Shown here: positions 7,573-17,060 of the stretch, in pieces
Numbering within the stretch: the first letter of the stretch is position 1
Layout of the letters: each line of letters starts with the position of its first letter
Assembly: GCA_050697735.1 (NCBI GenBank)
Contig: JBOHAM010000029.1
Span: 8,131-72,130 of the forward strand
Direction of reading: 5' to 3'
Origin: Gaiellaceae bacterium
Lineage (GTDB): Bacteria > Actinomycetota > Thermoleophilia > Gaiellales > Gaiellaceae
Length of the DNA: 64,000 nucleotides
Notes under the pieces: generated by a model
The model's input: the letters and a program-made list of their open reading frames with translations, nothing else
Told to the model about the DNA's origin: nothing
The model's database searches: none
Made by a program: the position numbers and the translations under genes

Positions 7573-10320
7573 CTAGCCGGCCGAAGCCGGGGCGGTCCCC
7601 GGGTTCCCGCGGCGCCGGTCGACGAGCTTGACGAGCTCGGCGATCGCGAGGTAGACGAGGGGGCCGAGCAGGCAGATTCCCCACTGGGAGCTCGTCAGCG
7701 AGACCGTGTCGAAGATCCGCTGCAGCGGCTGGAGCGTCGTGACGAGGAACGTCAGCACGAGGGTCAGGCCAATCAGCTGCACGAACCGCCGATTCTCGAT
7801 CGTGTAGCGGCTGAAGATGGTCTGCGCGGGCTCCCGGACCTCGAGGGCGGCGACGATGTGCATCAGGGAAAGCGTCGTCAGCCCCATGGTCGTGGCGACG
7901 GCGAGGTCGTAGCGTTCCTCGCCCCAGGCGACGACCCCGAGTGCGATAGCGGTCATGATCAGGGCCAGGAAGCCGAGTCGAACCCCGAGCCCCCGATTCA
8001 GGATCGGCGCGCTCGCATCCCTGGGCCTGCGCCGCATGAGGCCGGGGACAGCCGCGTCGAAGCCGAGGCCGATCGCGAGCAGCACGTCGATCGCGAAGTT
8101 GATCCAGAGGATCTGCAACGGCGTGAGCGGGGCCCCGTCGGCGACGGCGAAGATCCCGGCGCCCACGAAGAGGAGGATGAACGCCCCCAGCTCGATGATC
8201 TGGATCCGCACGTACTTCATCAGGTTGTCGTAGATGCCGCGGCCGCCTTCGACAGCGCTGACGATGGTGGCGAAGTTGTCGTCGGTGAGGATCATGTCTC
8301 CAGCTTCCTTGGTGACCTCGGTGCCCGTGATCCCCATCGCGACGCCGATGTCCGCGCGCTTGAGCGCAGGAGCGTCGTTGACTCCGTCGCCGGTCATCGC
8401 GACGACGTGGCCCTTGCGCTTGAGCATGTCGACGAGCCGCACCTTGTCCTCCGGGGCGACCCGAGCGACCACGCCGATGTCCTCGACCTGCTCTTCGAGC
8501 TCGGCGTCGCTGAGCGCTGCGAAGTCGGTCCCGGACATCGAGCGGCCCTCGATCCCGAGCTGAGCGGCGATTGCGGCCGCCGTCGTCACGTGGTCGCCGG
8601 TGATCATGCGCGCTCGGATTCCGGCCTCCCTGCACTCCGCGATCGCGTCCCTCGCCTCCTTGCGCGGTGGGTCGACGATCGCGACCAGGGCAAGCAGCGT
8701 CAGGTTCTGGACCTCCGCGAGGAGCTCGCCGTCGGGCTTGAAGGCCGCCGGGTCGATGTCACGGGAGGCCACCGCCAGCACGCGGAGCCCCTCCCCGGAG
8801 AGCCGGTCGTTCTCGGCCAGCACCCGCTCGCGGGCGGGATCGTCGGCGGCGAGGTCGGCTCCGTCGGGGCCCCGGACGGACGACGAGCGCGAGAGCAGGA
8901 CGTCCGGTGCTCCCTTCACGAAGCAGCGGACGACCTTCCGGCCGCCGTCCTCCATCTCGTGGAAGGTCGCCATCAGCTTGTACTCGGAGTCGAACGGAAC
9001 CTCGGCGATGCGCGGGTATGCCCGGCGCGTCTCGCCGACGTCCAGCCCTCCCTTCGCAGCCAGCACGACGAGGGCCGCCTCGGTCGGGTCGCCCACGATC
9101 TCGCCGTCGTGGACCGCGGCGTCGTTCGCGAGCGCCATCGGCAGCAGGAACGGCTCCAGCGGGGTGTCCGTCTCGCCGGCGACGCGAAGGATCGTGCCGG
9201 TGGTGGAGTAGCCCTCACCCTCGATCGTGTAGCGCCGGCCGGCGATCACGAGCTGCCGCGCCGTCATCTGGTTGAGCGTCAGCGTGCCCGTCTTGTCGGA
9301 GCAGATCGCCGACGTCGAGCCGAGCGTCTCCACGGAGCGCAGCCGCTTGACGATCGCGCCCTTCGCCGCGAGCGCCTGTGTCCCCAGGGAGAGCATGGTC
9401 GTGACGACCGCGGGCAGCCCGGTCGGGATCGCGGCGATCGCGAGGCTGATCCCGATCAGGAACAGGTCGTCGAAGTCCTCCCCCCGAATGAGGCCGAAGA
9501 CGATCACCAGCCCCAGCGCGATCGCCGCCATGATCGTGATCAGGACCGTCAGCTGGTCGAGCTGTCGCGTGAGCGGCGTCTTCTCCTGCTGAACCGTGCT
9601 CAGCATCCCCGAGATCTGTCCGACCTCGGTCGCCATCCCCGTCGCCGTGACCACCATCTCCCCCCGCCCGCGCGTCACGGTCGAGTTCATGTAGGCCATG
9701 TCGACGCGGTCGCCGAGCGGGACGTCCTCGCCGGCCACCGGCTCGACCGACTTCAGCACCGGGGTGCTCTCGCCTGTCAGCGCGGCCTCCTCGATCTCGA
9801 GCGTCGCGGCCACGATCAGGCGCCCGTCGGCGGGGACCTTGTCGCCGGCCTCGAAGGTGACGATGTCGCCCGGAACGAGCTCCTCGGCGGGGATGTCCAC
9901 CCGCTCGCCGCCGCGGCGGACATGCCCGTGGATCAGGAGCATCTTCTGGAGCGCGGCCACGCTCTCGGCGGCCTTGCCCTCCTGGTTCAGCCCCAGGACG
10001 GCGTTGAGCACCGTCAGGGCGATGATCACGATCCCCGTCGAGAACTCCTGGAGCGCGACCATGCTGACGATCGCGGCGCCGAGGAGGACGAGCTGCATGA
10101 GGTCGCGGTACTGGCGGAGGAACGCCCGCCAGCCCGGCTCCTTCTCCGCCTCGGCGAGCTTGTTCGGCCCGAACTGCTGACGCCGCCGCTCGACCTCGGT
10201 GGCCTCCAGACCGGACCGCGGGTCGACCTCGAGCCGCGAGCTCGCCTCCTCGGCGGTCAGGCCGTGCCAGGTCGTATCGCGATCCGTAGGCTGGCCCATG
10301 GCCACCTCGACGGTGCTCAT
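7573..10320 (-). CDS. Cation-transporting P-type ATPase (P2-like)
   Basis: Phosphorylation motif ICSDKTGTLTLNQM, hinge MTGDGVNDAPALKRADIGVAMG, and TGES. Start set at ATG 10320 (MSTVEVAMGQ...). The upstream part of the track ORF is Arg-rich and in a different frame from the small ORF listed next. Confidence 0.9.
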   Translation of the reverse strand: MSTVEVAMGQPTDRDTTWHGLTAEEASSRLEVDPRSGLEATEVERRRQQFGPNKLAEAEKEPGWRAFLRQYRDLMQLVLLGAAIVSMVALQEFSTGIVIIALTVLNAVLGLNQEGKAAESVAALQKMLLIHGHVRRGGERVDIPAEELVPGDIVTFEAGDKVPADGRLIVAATLEIEEAALTGESTPVLKSVEPVAGEDVPLGDRVDMAYMNSTVTRGRGEMVVTATGMATEVGQISGMLSTVQQEKTPLTRQLDQLTVLITIMAAIALGLVIVFGLIRGEDFDDLFLIGISLAIAAIPTGLPAVVTTMLSLGTQALAAKGAIVKRLRSVETLGSTSAICSDKTGTLTLNQMTARQLVIAGRRYTIEGEGYSTTGTILRVAGETDTPLEPFLLPMALANDAAVHDGEIVGDPTEAALVVLAAKGGLDVGETRRAYPRIAEVPFDSEYKLMATFHEMEDGGRKVVRCFVKGAPDVLLSRSSSVRGPDGADLAADDPARERVLAENDRLSGEGLRVLAVASRDIDPAAFKPDGELLAEVQNLTLLALVAIVDPPRKEARDAIAECREAGIRARMITGDHVTTAAAIAAQLGIEGRSMSGTDFAALSDAELEEQVEDIGVVARVAPEDKVRLVDMLKRKGHVVAMTGDGVNDAPALKRADIGVAMGITGTEVTKEAGDMILTDDNFATIVSAVEGGRGIYDNLMKYVRIQIIELGAFILLFVGAGIFAVADGAPLTPLQILWINFAIDVLLAIGLGFDAAVPGLMRRRPRDASAPILNRGLGVRLGFLALIMTAIALGVVAWGEERYDLAVATTMGLTTLSLMHIVAALEVREPAQTIFSRYTIENRRFVQLIGLTLVLTFLVTTLQPLQRIFDTVSLTSSQWGICLLGPLVYLAIAELVKLVDRRRGNPGTAPASAG

Positions 10321-10469
10321 CGGACGTCCTGACGCAGGAGGGCCGCGTCCGAGCCGAGCGCGCCGACGTCGTCGCCGCGGCGGTGCTCGGGACCGCGCGC
10401 GTACGCGATCAGACCGATCAGGACGAGCACGACCGCGAGCGCGATCAGCCAACGAACTCCGTTTCGCAT
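10317..10469 (-). CDS. Small single-pass membrane peptide (50 aa), translationally coupled to the ATPase
   Basis: Below the ORF-track size cutoff. AGGAGGA lies 7 nt upstream of ATG 10469. Product: MRNGVRWLIALAVVLVLIGLIAYARGPEHRRGDDVGALGSDAALLRQDVR. Its TGA stop overlaps the ATPase ATG (cgATGAgc). Third codon positions are G/C-rich. Confidence 0.5.
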   Translation of the reverse strand: MRNGVRWLIALAVVLVLIGLIAYARGPEHRRGDDVGALGSDAALLRQDVR

Positions 10470-10506
10470 CACGATCCTCCTCTCGTCGACAGGCTTCGTG
10501 CCGCCC

Positions 10507-11991
10507 TCACGACAGCGCCGCCCCGACCCCGAGCACGACGATGCAAAGGGCGCTCAACGCGGCGAGCAGCGGCCAGATCCAGCGCAGGTACCGGTCGTAG
10601 GGCACGCCCGCGATCGCAAGGCCGCCCATCACCACGGCCGAGGTCGGGATGAACAGGTTCATCAGACCCGAGGCGCTCTGGTAGGCGGTCACGACCAGCT
10701 CCTCGGGCACGTCCACGAAGGTCGCGAGCGGCGCCATGATCGGCATGGCGACCGTCGCGAGCCCCGACGACGAGGGAATCAGAAAGGACAGCGGCAGGAA
10801 GAGGGCGAACATGACGATCGCGAAGACCGACTCGCCGACGTCTCCCAGCGCGCGCTCGCACCAGTGCAGCACCGTGTCGGTGATCTCGCCGTTGTTCATG
10901 ATCACCGTGATCCCGCGGGCGATCCCGATGATGAGCGCGACCCCGAGGAGGTCGCGCGCTCCGTCGACGAACGTGCCCGTGAGCTCGCCTTCGCCCATGC
11001 GCGCGATCAGGCCGATCACGATCGCGAAGAGCAGGAACGATCCGGTCATCTCCGGGAACCACCACCACCACGTGGGCAGCGGGATGCCCATGTCCTCCCA
11101 CGGGATGACGCCGTACATCATCACGAGGAACGCGAGCGCGAACACGGCCAGGATCACCTTGTGCGTGCCGGTCAGCTCGATCGAGCCGGCTTCGCTCTCG
11201 GACTTGAACCGCGCCTCGTTCTGGGCCTTCATGTCGTAGACGACCGACTTCGACGGATCCGCTTTCACGCGATCGGCGTAGCGCAGCACGAAGAAGACGC
11301 CGATCGCCAGGCCGACGAGCAGGATGACGAGCCGGCCGGCGAGGCCGTCGCTGATCGAGACGTCGGCGAACCCCGACGCGATCCCGGTCGCGAACGGGTT
11401 GATCGTCGAGCCGAGGGTGCCGATCCCGCAGCCGAGCAGGACGACCGCGGCGCCGGTGAGCGCGTCGTAGCCGGCCGCGATCAGCACCGTGATCACGAGC
11501 GCGTAGAAGGCCAGGCTCTCCTCCGCCATGCCGTAGCTCGTGCCTCCGAGCGCGAACACGGTCATGAGCGCCGGGATCATCCAGCGCTCCCTCCCCTCGA
11601 GCCGCTGGACGAGCCTGCCGATCCCCGCCTGGATCGCTCCCGTCTTCATGGTCACGCCGAGGAAGCCGCCGATCACGAGGATGAAGAGGGCGACGTCGAT
11701 CGCGCCGAAGAGCGTTCCCGAGTTGTAGTAGTTGATGTTCCCCGTCTCGTCTTCGATGCCGAACATGCCGTTGATCGGCGCCGTGATCGAGTCGACGAGG
11801 ATCCGCGAGGGCTTCTGCTCGACCTCGTGGTACGTCCCCGGGATCGGCTCACCATCGGGATTGAGGTCGTACGTCCCGGCCGGGATGATCCAGGTCGCGA
11901 TCGCGGCCAGCACGATCAGCGCGAAGAGGATCGTGTAGGCGGAGGGAAGCGTGAACCTCGACTTCGCCGGCTCGGCTGCGTGCTCGCTCAC
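10507..11991 (-). CDS. YfcC/DcuC-like carrier, putative arginine/ornithine antiporter of the ADI operon
   Basis: 494 aa polytopic protein. The N-terminus SRFTLPSAYTILFALIVLAAIATWIIPAGTYD is typical of the YfcC family. It follows arcC directly on the same strand. Confidence 0.8.
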   Translation of the reverse strand: MSEHAAEPAKSRFTLPSAYTILFALIVLAAIATWIIPAGTYDLNPDGEPIPGTYHEVEQKPSRILVDSITAPINGMFGIEDETGNINYYNSGTLFGAIDVALFILVIGGFLGVTMKTGAIQAGIGRLVQRLEGRERWMIPALMTVFALGGTSYGMAEESLAFYALVITVLIAAGYDALTGAAVVLLGCGIGTLGSTINPFATGIASGFADVSISDGLAGRLVILLVGLAIGVFFVLRYADRVKADPSKSVVYDMKAQNEARFKSESEAGSIELTGTHKVILAVFALAFLVMMYGVIPWEDMGIPLPTWWWWFPEMTGSFLLFAIVIGLIARMGEGELTGTFVDGARDLLGVALIIGIARGITVIMNNGEITDTVLHWCERALGDVGESVFAIVMFALFLPLSFLIPSSSGLATVAMPIMAPLATFVDVPEELVVTAYQSASGLMNLFIPTSAVVMGGLAIAGVPYDRYLRWIWPLLAALSALCIVVLGVGAALS

Positions 11992-12000
11992 GAGAGCCTC

Positions 12001-12954
12001 CTACGCGACATCGGCGAGCTCGAGTCCTTCCGCATCGCGGGTGACGACCGTGCCCGCCTCGCCGCGCAGCAGGGCGGGCGTGTCAGCGATCGAGCCGATG
12101 ACGGCGAGGCCCCCGGTTTCCTCGACGAACGAGCAGGCGGCCTTGACCTTCGGCCCCATCGAGCCTGCGGCGAACTCGGTCCCCGAGAGGGCCTCCGGGG
12201 TGGCGCGACGGATCGCACGCTGCTCGGGCGTGCCCCAGCCGTCGTACACGGCATCGACGTCGGTGACGACCGCGAGCGCATCGGCGCGCAGGTCCTTGGC
12301 GAGCAGGGCGCTCGCGAGGTCCTTGTCGATCACCGCCTCGACGCCGACGAGCCGTCTGCCGGCGGGCACCGGCTCGTCCGTGTACACGACCGGAATGCCG
12401 CCACCGCCGGCGCAGACGACGACGCAGCCCCGCTCCAGGAGCCACTCGACCGGCTCGAGCCCGAAGATCCGCCTGGGCAGCGGGGAGGGGACGACGCGGC
12501 GGAAGTAGTCGCCGTCGGGCTTGAACACCCAGCCCTTCTGGTCTGCGAGCTTCGCGACCTCGTCCTCGGGGTAGATGGGGCCGATCGGCTTCGTCGGGTT
12601 CTGAAACGCGGGATCCTCGCGATCGACCTCGATCAGGGTCAGCATCGCGACCAGGCCCTTCTCGAAAGGAAGCTCGTTTCCGAGCTCCTGCTGGATCAGG
12701 TAGCCGATCATCCCCTCGGTCTGCGCGCCGAGCACGTCGAGCGGATATGGCTCGACGGCCGTGTAGGCGGAGCCCTGCAGCGCGAGCAGGCCTACCTGCG
12801 GCCCGTTGCCGTGCGAGATCACGAGCTCGTGCTCGAGGGCGAGCGGCGCGAGCGCCTTGCACGCCACGCGGGCGTTGGCGCGCTGGTTCTCCGCCGTCAG
12901 AGGCTCGCCACGCCGGAGCAGCGCGTTCCCGCCGAGCGCGACGACGACGCGCAC
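12001..12954 (-). CDS. arcC: Carbamate kinase
   Basis: GTG start. [17 protein letters not shown]... and CAGGGGIPV motifs. 317 aa. Operon context with arcA and arcB. Confidence 0.92.
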   Translation of the reverse strand: MRVVVALGGNALLRRGEPLTAENQRANARVACKALAPLALEHELVISHGNGPQVGLLALQGSAYTAVEPYPLDVLGAQTEGMIGYLIQQELGNELPFEKGLVAMLTLIEVDREDPAFQNPTKPIGPIYPEDEVAKLADQKGWVFKPDGDYFRRVVPSPLPRRIFGLEPVEWLLERGCVVVCAGGGGIPVVYTDEPVPAGRRLVGVEAVIDKDLASALLAKDLRADALAVVTDVDAVYDGWGTPEQRAIRRATPEALSGTEFAAGSMGPKVKAACSFVEETGGLAVIGSIADTPALLRGEAGTVVTRDAEGLELADVA

Positions 12955-12955
12955 C

Positions 12956-13963
12956 TCAGCTCCCGATCGTGGCGACCATGACGGCCTTGATCGTGTGCAT
13001 GCGGTTCTCGGCCTCGTCGAAGACGAGCGACGCCGGCGACTCGAAGACCTCCTCCGTCACCTCGAGCGCCTCCAGCCCGAACTTCTCGAAGATCTCCTTG
13101 CCCACCTCGGTGTCCGTGTTGTGGAACGCGGGCAGGCAGTGCATGAACCTCACGTCGGGGTTGCCCGCAGCCGCCATCGTCTCGGCGTTGACCTGGTAGG
13201 GCGTGAGGAGCTCGATCCGCTCCGCCCAGACCTCGTCCGGCTCGCCCATCGAGACCCAGACGTCGGTCAGCAGCGCGTCGCAGCCGCGAACGGCCTCGGC
13301 GACGTCCTCGGTGATCGTGATCTGCGCCCCCGTCTCGGCCGCGACGGAGCGTGCAAGCTCCACGATCTCGTCGCGCGGCCAGAGCGACTTCGGGCTGGCG
13401 ATACGAACGTCCATCCCGAGCTTCGCGCCGCCGACGAGGTACGAGTCGGCCATGTTGAAGCGGGCATCGCCCAGGTAGCAGAAGACGACCTCAGCGAGCG
13501 GCTTGGGAATGTGCTCCCGGAAGGTGAGGAAGTCGGCCAGGATCTGGGTCGGATGCCACTCGTCGGTGAGCCCGTTGTAGATCGGCACGCCGGCCCAGCG
13601 GTCGAGCTCCTCCGCAGTCTCCTGGGCGAAGCCGCGGTACTCGATCGCGTCGTACATACGACCGAGCACCCTGGCGGTGTCCTTCGCCGTCTCCTTGTGC
13701 CCCATGTGCGAGCCGCCGGGGCCGATGAAGGTCACGTGCGCGCCCTGGTCGTAGGCGGCGACCTCGAACGCGCAGCGCGTCCTGGTCGAGTCCTTCTCGA
13801 AGATCAACGCGACTTCCTTGCCGACCAGCTTCTGCTCCTCGCGCCCCTCCCGCTTGGCCGCCTTCAGCTCGCCTGCGAGATCGAGAAGGGACGTGATCTC
13901 CTCCGGGGTGAAGTCGGCCAGCTTCATGAAGCTCCGGCCGCGGAGGTCGGTCGTGGTGCTCAT
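12956..13963 (-). CDS. arcB: Ornithine carbamoyltransferase (catabolic context)
   Basis: STRTRCAFE carbamoyl-phosphate motif and HCLPAFH ornithine motif. 335 aa. Confidence 0.92.
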   Translation of the reverse strand: MSTTTDLRGRSFMKLADFTPEEITSLLDLAGELKAAKREGREEQKLVGKEVALIFEKDSTRTRCAFEVAAYDQGAHVTFIGPGGSHMGHKETAKDTARVLGRMYDAIEYRGFAQETAEELDRWAGVPIYNGLTDEWHPTQILADFLTFREHIPKPLAEVVFCYLGDARFNMADSYLVGGAKLGMDVRIASPKSLWPRDEIVELARSVAAETGAQITITEDVAEAVRGCDALLTDVWVSMGEPDEVWAERIELLTPYQVNAETMAAAGNPDVRFMHCLPAFHNTDTEVGKEIFEKFGLEALEVTEEVFESPASLVFDEAENRMHTIKAVMVATIGS

Positions 13964-13979
13964 GGCTCCGCTCCTTTCC

Positions 13980-15212
13980 TCATGCCTCGCGGACGATCGG
14001 ACAGGTCATGCAGTGGCCGCCGCCACGCCCGCGGCCCAGCTCCTGGCCGGCGATCGCGAGCACTTCGATGCCTGCCTTGGCGAGCTTTGCGTTCGTCGCC
14101 TCGTTGCGCTCGTAGGCGACGACCACGCCCGGCTCGAGCGCGACGACGTTGTTTCCGTCGTCCCACTGGTTGCGCTCCGCCTCGAACTCGTCGCCTCCGG
14201 TCGTGACGACCTTCAGGGCCTCGATTCCGAGCGCGTCCTTCATCTCGTCGAGGAACGAGCGCTCGGAGACCTCGGCCTGCACGCCCGCCGCTCCGCCGGG
14301 GCGGAACAGGATCGGCCGGATCTGAGAGACGACCGGCTCGTAGAGCGTGACGATGTCCCGGTCGCAGAAGCTGAAGACGGTGTCGAGGTGCATGGCGGCC
14401 CGCTCCCGCGGCATCTGCGCTCCGATCACGAGCCGCGCGGCGTCGGTCTCGAACATATTGCGCGCGAGGATGCTGACGGCCCGGGCGGTGCTGCGCTCGC
14501 CCATGCCGACCAGGACGACGCCGTCGCCTGCGGGCATCATGTCGCCCCCTTCGAGCCGCGCGAGGCCCCAGTCGTGGTCGGCCCCGCCGAACCAGATCGG
14601 AAAGCCGGCGTCGCGGAAACGCGGATGGAACCGGTAGATGGCCTCGACGTTCAGCGTCTCGAGCTGGCGCGCCGGCCAGAACATCGGGTTGAGCGAGACG
14701 CCGCCGTAGAGCCAGGCGCTCGGGTCGCGGGTGAAGAGCTGGTTCGGGAGCGGCGGGAGGACGAAGTCGGTCGGCTTCAGCGCCGGCCCGATCGCCGAGC
14801 GGATCTCGTCGGGCAGCTCCTGCACCGTGACGCCGCCGGTCAGCCTCGTCGCGAGGTCGTCGGCCGGCACCTCGGTCAGCCAGTCCGTAAGGGGCTCCGT
14901 GAACATGACCGTGACCTCTTCGGGCCGGAGCCGCCGGGACAGCAGCCAGTCGCGCGCTTCGCGATCCTCGAGCGTCTGGCTCAGCAGGTCGTGGAGGATC
15001 AGCACCTCGACGCCGCGGTCGCGCATCAGGTCGACGAAGGCGTCGAACTCCTGTCGGGCGCGCCGCACCCAGATGACATCGTCGAAGAGCAGCTCGTGAC
15101 AGTTGCTCGGCGACAGCCGCTCGTGGGCGAGGTCGGGCCGGTGCACCATCACCGTGCGGAGCTTCCCGACCTCCGAATGCGCCCCCAGAGCCGTCTCGGT
15201 AACCGTGCTCAT
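13980..15212 (-). CDS. arcA: Arginine deiminase
   Basis: [20 protein letters not shown]-terminus and C-terminal catalytic Cys [13 protein letters not shown]. 410 aa. RBS AAGGGAGGAG. Confidence 0.92.
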   Translation of the reverse strand: MSTVTETALGAHSEVGKLRTVMVHRPDLAHERLSPSNCHELLFDDVIWVRRARQEFDAFVDLMRDRGVEVLILHDLLSQTLEDREARDWLLSRRLRPEEVTVMFTEPLTDWLTEVPADDLATRLTGGVTVQELPDEIRSAIGPALKPTDFVLPPLPNQLFTRDPSAWLYGGVSLNPMFWPARQLETLNVEAIYRFHPRFRDAGFPIWFGGADHDWGLARLEGGDMMPAGDGVVLVGMGERSTARAVSILARNMFETDAARLVIGAQMPRERAAMHLDTVFSFCDRDIVTLYEPVVSQIRPILFRPGGAAGVQAEVSERSFLDEMKDALGIEALKVVTTGGDEFEAERNQWDDGNNVVALEPGVVVAYERNEATNAKLAKAGIEVLAIAGQELGRGRGGGHCMTCPIVREA

Positions 15213-15268
15213 TCCCCGATCTCCTCCCTTGGTTCAGCCGGTGGCTGGCGGATGTCCTGCAGAGGGCG

Positions 15269-15661
15269 CTACGCCAGCGCTTTCCGTTTGAGTGCGTCGA
15301 ACTCCTCCTGGTTGAGCGCGCCGCTGTCGAGCAGGGCCTTCGCCTTCTCGATCTCCGCCGCGGCGCCGCCGCTGCCGGCGGCCTCGCGTACGTAGTCGTC
15401 GAACTGGGCCCGGTGAGCTCGTGCCTGCTGGACGTTGCGCTCCGTCATGCCCTTGCTCTGCGAGATCAGGTAGACGAAGACGCCCAGATACGGCAGGAAG
15501 ATCGTGAAGATCAGCCAGCCGGCTTTGCCCCAGCCGGAGAGGTCGTGGCGGCGAAAGATGTCCGCCCACACGGTGAACAGGAGCCAGAACCACAGGATCC
15601 AGAGGAAGAAGACGAGCATCGTCCACATCACGTCGAGGAACGGATAATCGGCAGCGAACAC
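15269..15661 (-). CDS. Small membrane protein: PLDc_N-like two-helix domain fused to a SHOCT domain
   Basis: GTG start preceded by GAAGGAGGG. N-terminal WTMLVFFLWILWFWLLFTVWADIF...WLIFTIFLPYLGVFVYLI resembles the PLDc_N (cardiolipin synthase N-terminal) domain. C-terminal KALLDSGALNQEEFDALKRKAL is a SHOCT motif. Confidence 0.7.
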   Translation of the reverse strand: MFAADYPFLDVMWTMLVFFLWILWFWLLFTVWADIFRRHDLSGWGKAGWLIFTIFLPYLGVFVYLISQSKGMTERNVQQARAHRAQFDDYVREAAGSGGAAAEIEKAKALLDSGALNQEEFDALKRKALA

Positions 15662-15822
15662 CTAGCCCTCCTTCGATGTTTGCGCGGCAGCGCCCGTCGA
15701 CTCAAGCAACGGCCGAAGCTACGCCGTCGGGCGGCAGACAAACAGTCGAGCTGCCCGATTCACCCATGTGAACGCAAACGCCGGCGGGGCGTCCCATCGC
15801 CGCGAGTGGCACCCGTTTTCCC

Positions 15823-17052
15823 TCAGAGAAGCGGCGACAGCGCGGCGAAGACAGCGGCCCGGGCTCGTTCCCTCGTCCCGGTGAGCCGTCGGCCCGGGGT
15901 CGATACCGCCGAGGCGGGCGCGCTGAACCGCTCGTCGAACTGAGCCGCGACCGCCTCAGACCGGATCTGGAGGTCGATCTCGAAGAAGCGCTTCAGGCTC
16001 CAGGCTTCGAGATTGCACGTTCCCACCAGGAGCTCCTGGCCGTCGCGGACGAACGCCTTCGCATGCAGCATCGCCGGGTAGTCGTGGATGTGGACGCCGG
16101 CGTCGAGCAGCTTCGCGTGGTGAAACTGCTGCGCCGCCGCGCAGGCCCAGTTGTTCGCGTTCGCGGGAACGAAGAGACGGACGCGCACCCCCCGACGAGC
16201 CGTGTGCTCGATGCGCCGAATCATCCTCCGATCCGTGACGTACGGGTTCACGACGTCGAGCGTCTCGCTCGCGCCCTCCAGCAGGTGCGCGATCGCGTCG
16301 CTGATCGGCCGGTATCGCCCGGGAGCGTTGTGCAGCACGACCGCCGGAATGCCGTCCGCACCCGTGTCCAGAGGCGGGAAGAGGGCTCCGATCTCGCCGA
16401 CCGGGAGGGCGCCGCCGAGCCAGCGGAAGCTGGCGACGAACACGAGCTGGAGCTGCGCGACCACCGGTCCCATGACACGCACGAACAGATCGTGGAAGCG
16501 ACCGTCCTGGAAGTGATCCTCGATGCCGGCTCCGCCGACCCACCCGATTCGCCCGTCGACGACGGCGGTCTTCCGGTGGTCGACGTGCCCGAGCCCGGCC
16601 ACGTTCCAGCGGGTCCCGCCCTGGCCTCCGAGTGGCCCGCTCGGAACGCGAGGCTTCGTGGCCCGCACGACGCAGACCTGGACGCCCGCAGCAGCGAGGC
16701 GCTCGTAGTGGGCCTGCGCGCTGCGGTCCGGATCGGAGCCCTGCCGGTCGACGACGAGCCGGACCGGAATGCCCTCGGCTGCCTTCGCGACCAGCGCATC
16801 GGCGAAGGCGTCGCCCACGATGCCCGGTCGGAAGCCGAACTGATTGATGTGGACGGAGGACGACGCGGAGGAGATGTCCGCGAGCATCCGGGGGTAGAAC
16901 GCCTGCCCCTCTACGAGGACCTCCGCCGACGAGGCGCTGCTCTCCACGAACGCAAGCGCCAGCGCTCGCAGGTCCACGGGGCCCGTCACGAGGCGCTCGG
17001 CGTGAGCTCGGATGGAGTCGTTCGGGACGCTCTGCGTAGGAGCCCGCCTCAC
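15823..17052 (-). CDS. Phospholipase D superfamily enzyme (cardiolipin synthase-like, two HKD motifs), no N-terminal TM helices
   Basis: HKD1 is DHRKTAVVDG; HKD2 is LHAKAFVRDG...VGTCNLE. Start placed at GTG 17052, 9 nt after the stop of the upstream small gene. The start is uncertain: ATG 16887 would cut into the conserved domain. The rest of track ORF 15823..18216 is read-through. Confidence 0.8.
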   Translation of the reverse strand: MRRAPTQSVPNDSIRAHAERLVTGPVDLRALALAFVESSASSAEVLVEGQAFYPRMLADISSASSSVHINQFGFRPGIVGDAFADALVAKAAEGIPVRLVVDRQGSDPDRSAQAHYERLAAAGVQVCVVRATKPRVPSGPLGGQGGTRWNVAGLGHVDHRKTAVVDGRIGWVGGAGIEDHFQDGRFHDLFVRVMGPVVAQLQLVFVASFRWLGGALPVGEIGALFPPLDTGADGIPAVVLHNAPGRYRPISDAIAHLLEGASETLDVVNPYVTDRRMIRRIEHTARRGVRVRLFVPANANNWACAAAQQFHHAKLLDAGVHIHDYPAMLHAKAFVRDGQELLVGTCNLEAWSLKRFFEIDLQIRSEAVAAQFDERFSAPASAVSTPGRRLTGTRERARAAVFAALSPLL

Positions 17053-17060
17053 AAAGCTCG

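Noticed and set aside
7559-8635. N-terminal extensions of track ORFs that fuse a real gene to upstream sequence: 6275..8635, 15823..18216, 20888..22531, 21774..24461, 29381..31585, 32060..33784, 34711..36048, 41828..43798, 55293..58574, 57933..60239 and 61388..62917
   Set aside because: The extensions are Arg-rich and overlap neighbouring genes that have clear motifs. Internal ATG/GTG starts with RBS-like purine tracts, or 4-nt stop/start overlaps, give proteins with normal N-termini (signal peptides, Rossmann folds and so on).
7858-10332. 824-aa plus-strand ORF, together with similar giants at 4532-6631, 10498-12981, 21930-24350, 38824-41502, 43731-45650 and 48733-51531
   Set aside because: All are antisense to genes with unambiguous family motifs (P-type ATPase, MFS, ADI genes, InhA, LAL regulator, ugd, ABC exporter). 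Their translations are low-complexity and Arg/Asp/Glu/His-rich. This is explained by stop-codon scarcity in GC-rich sequence.
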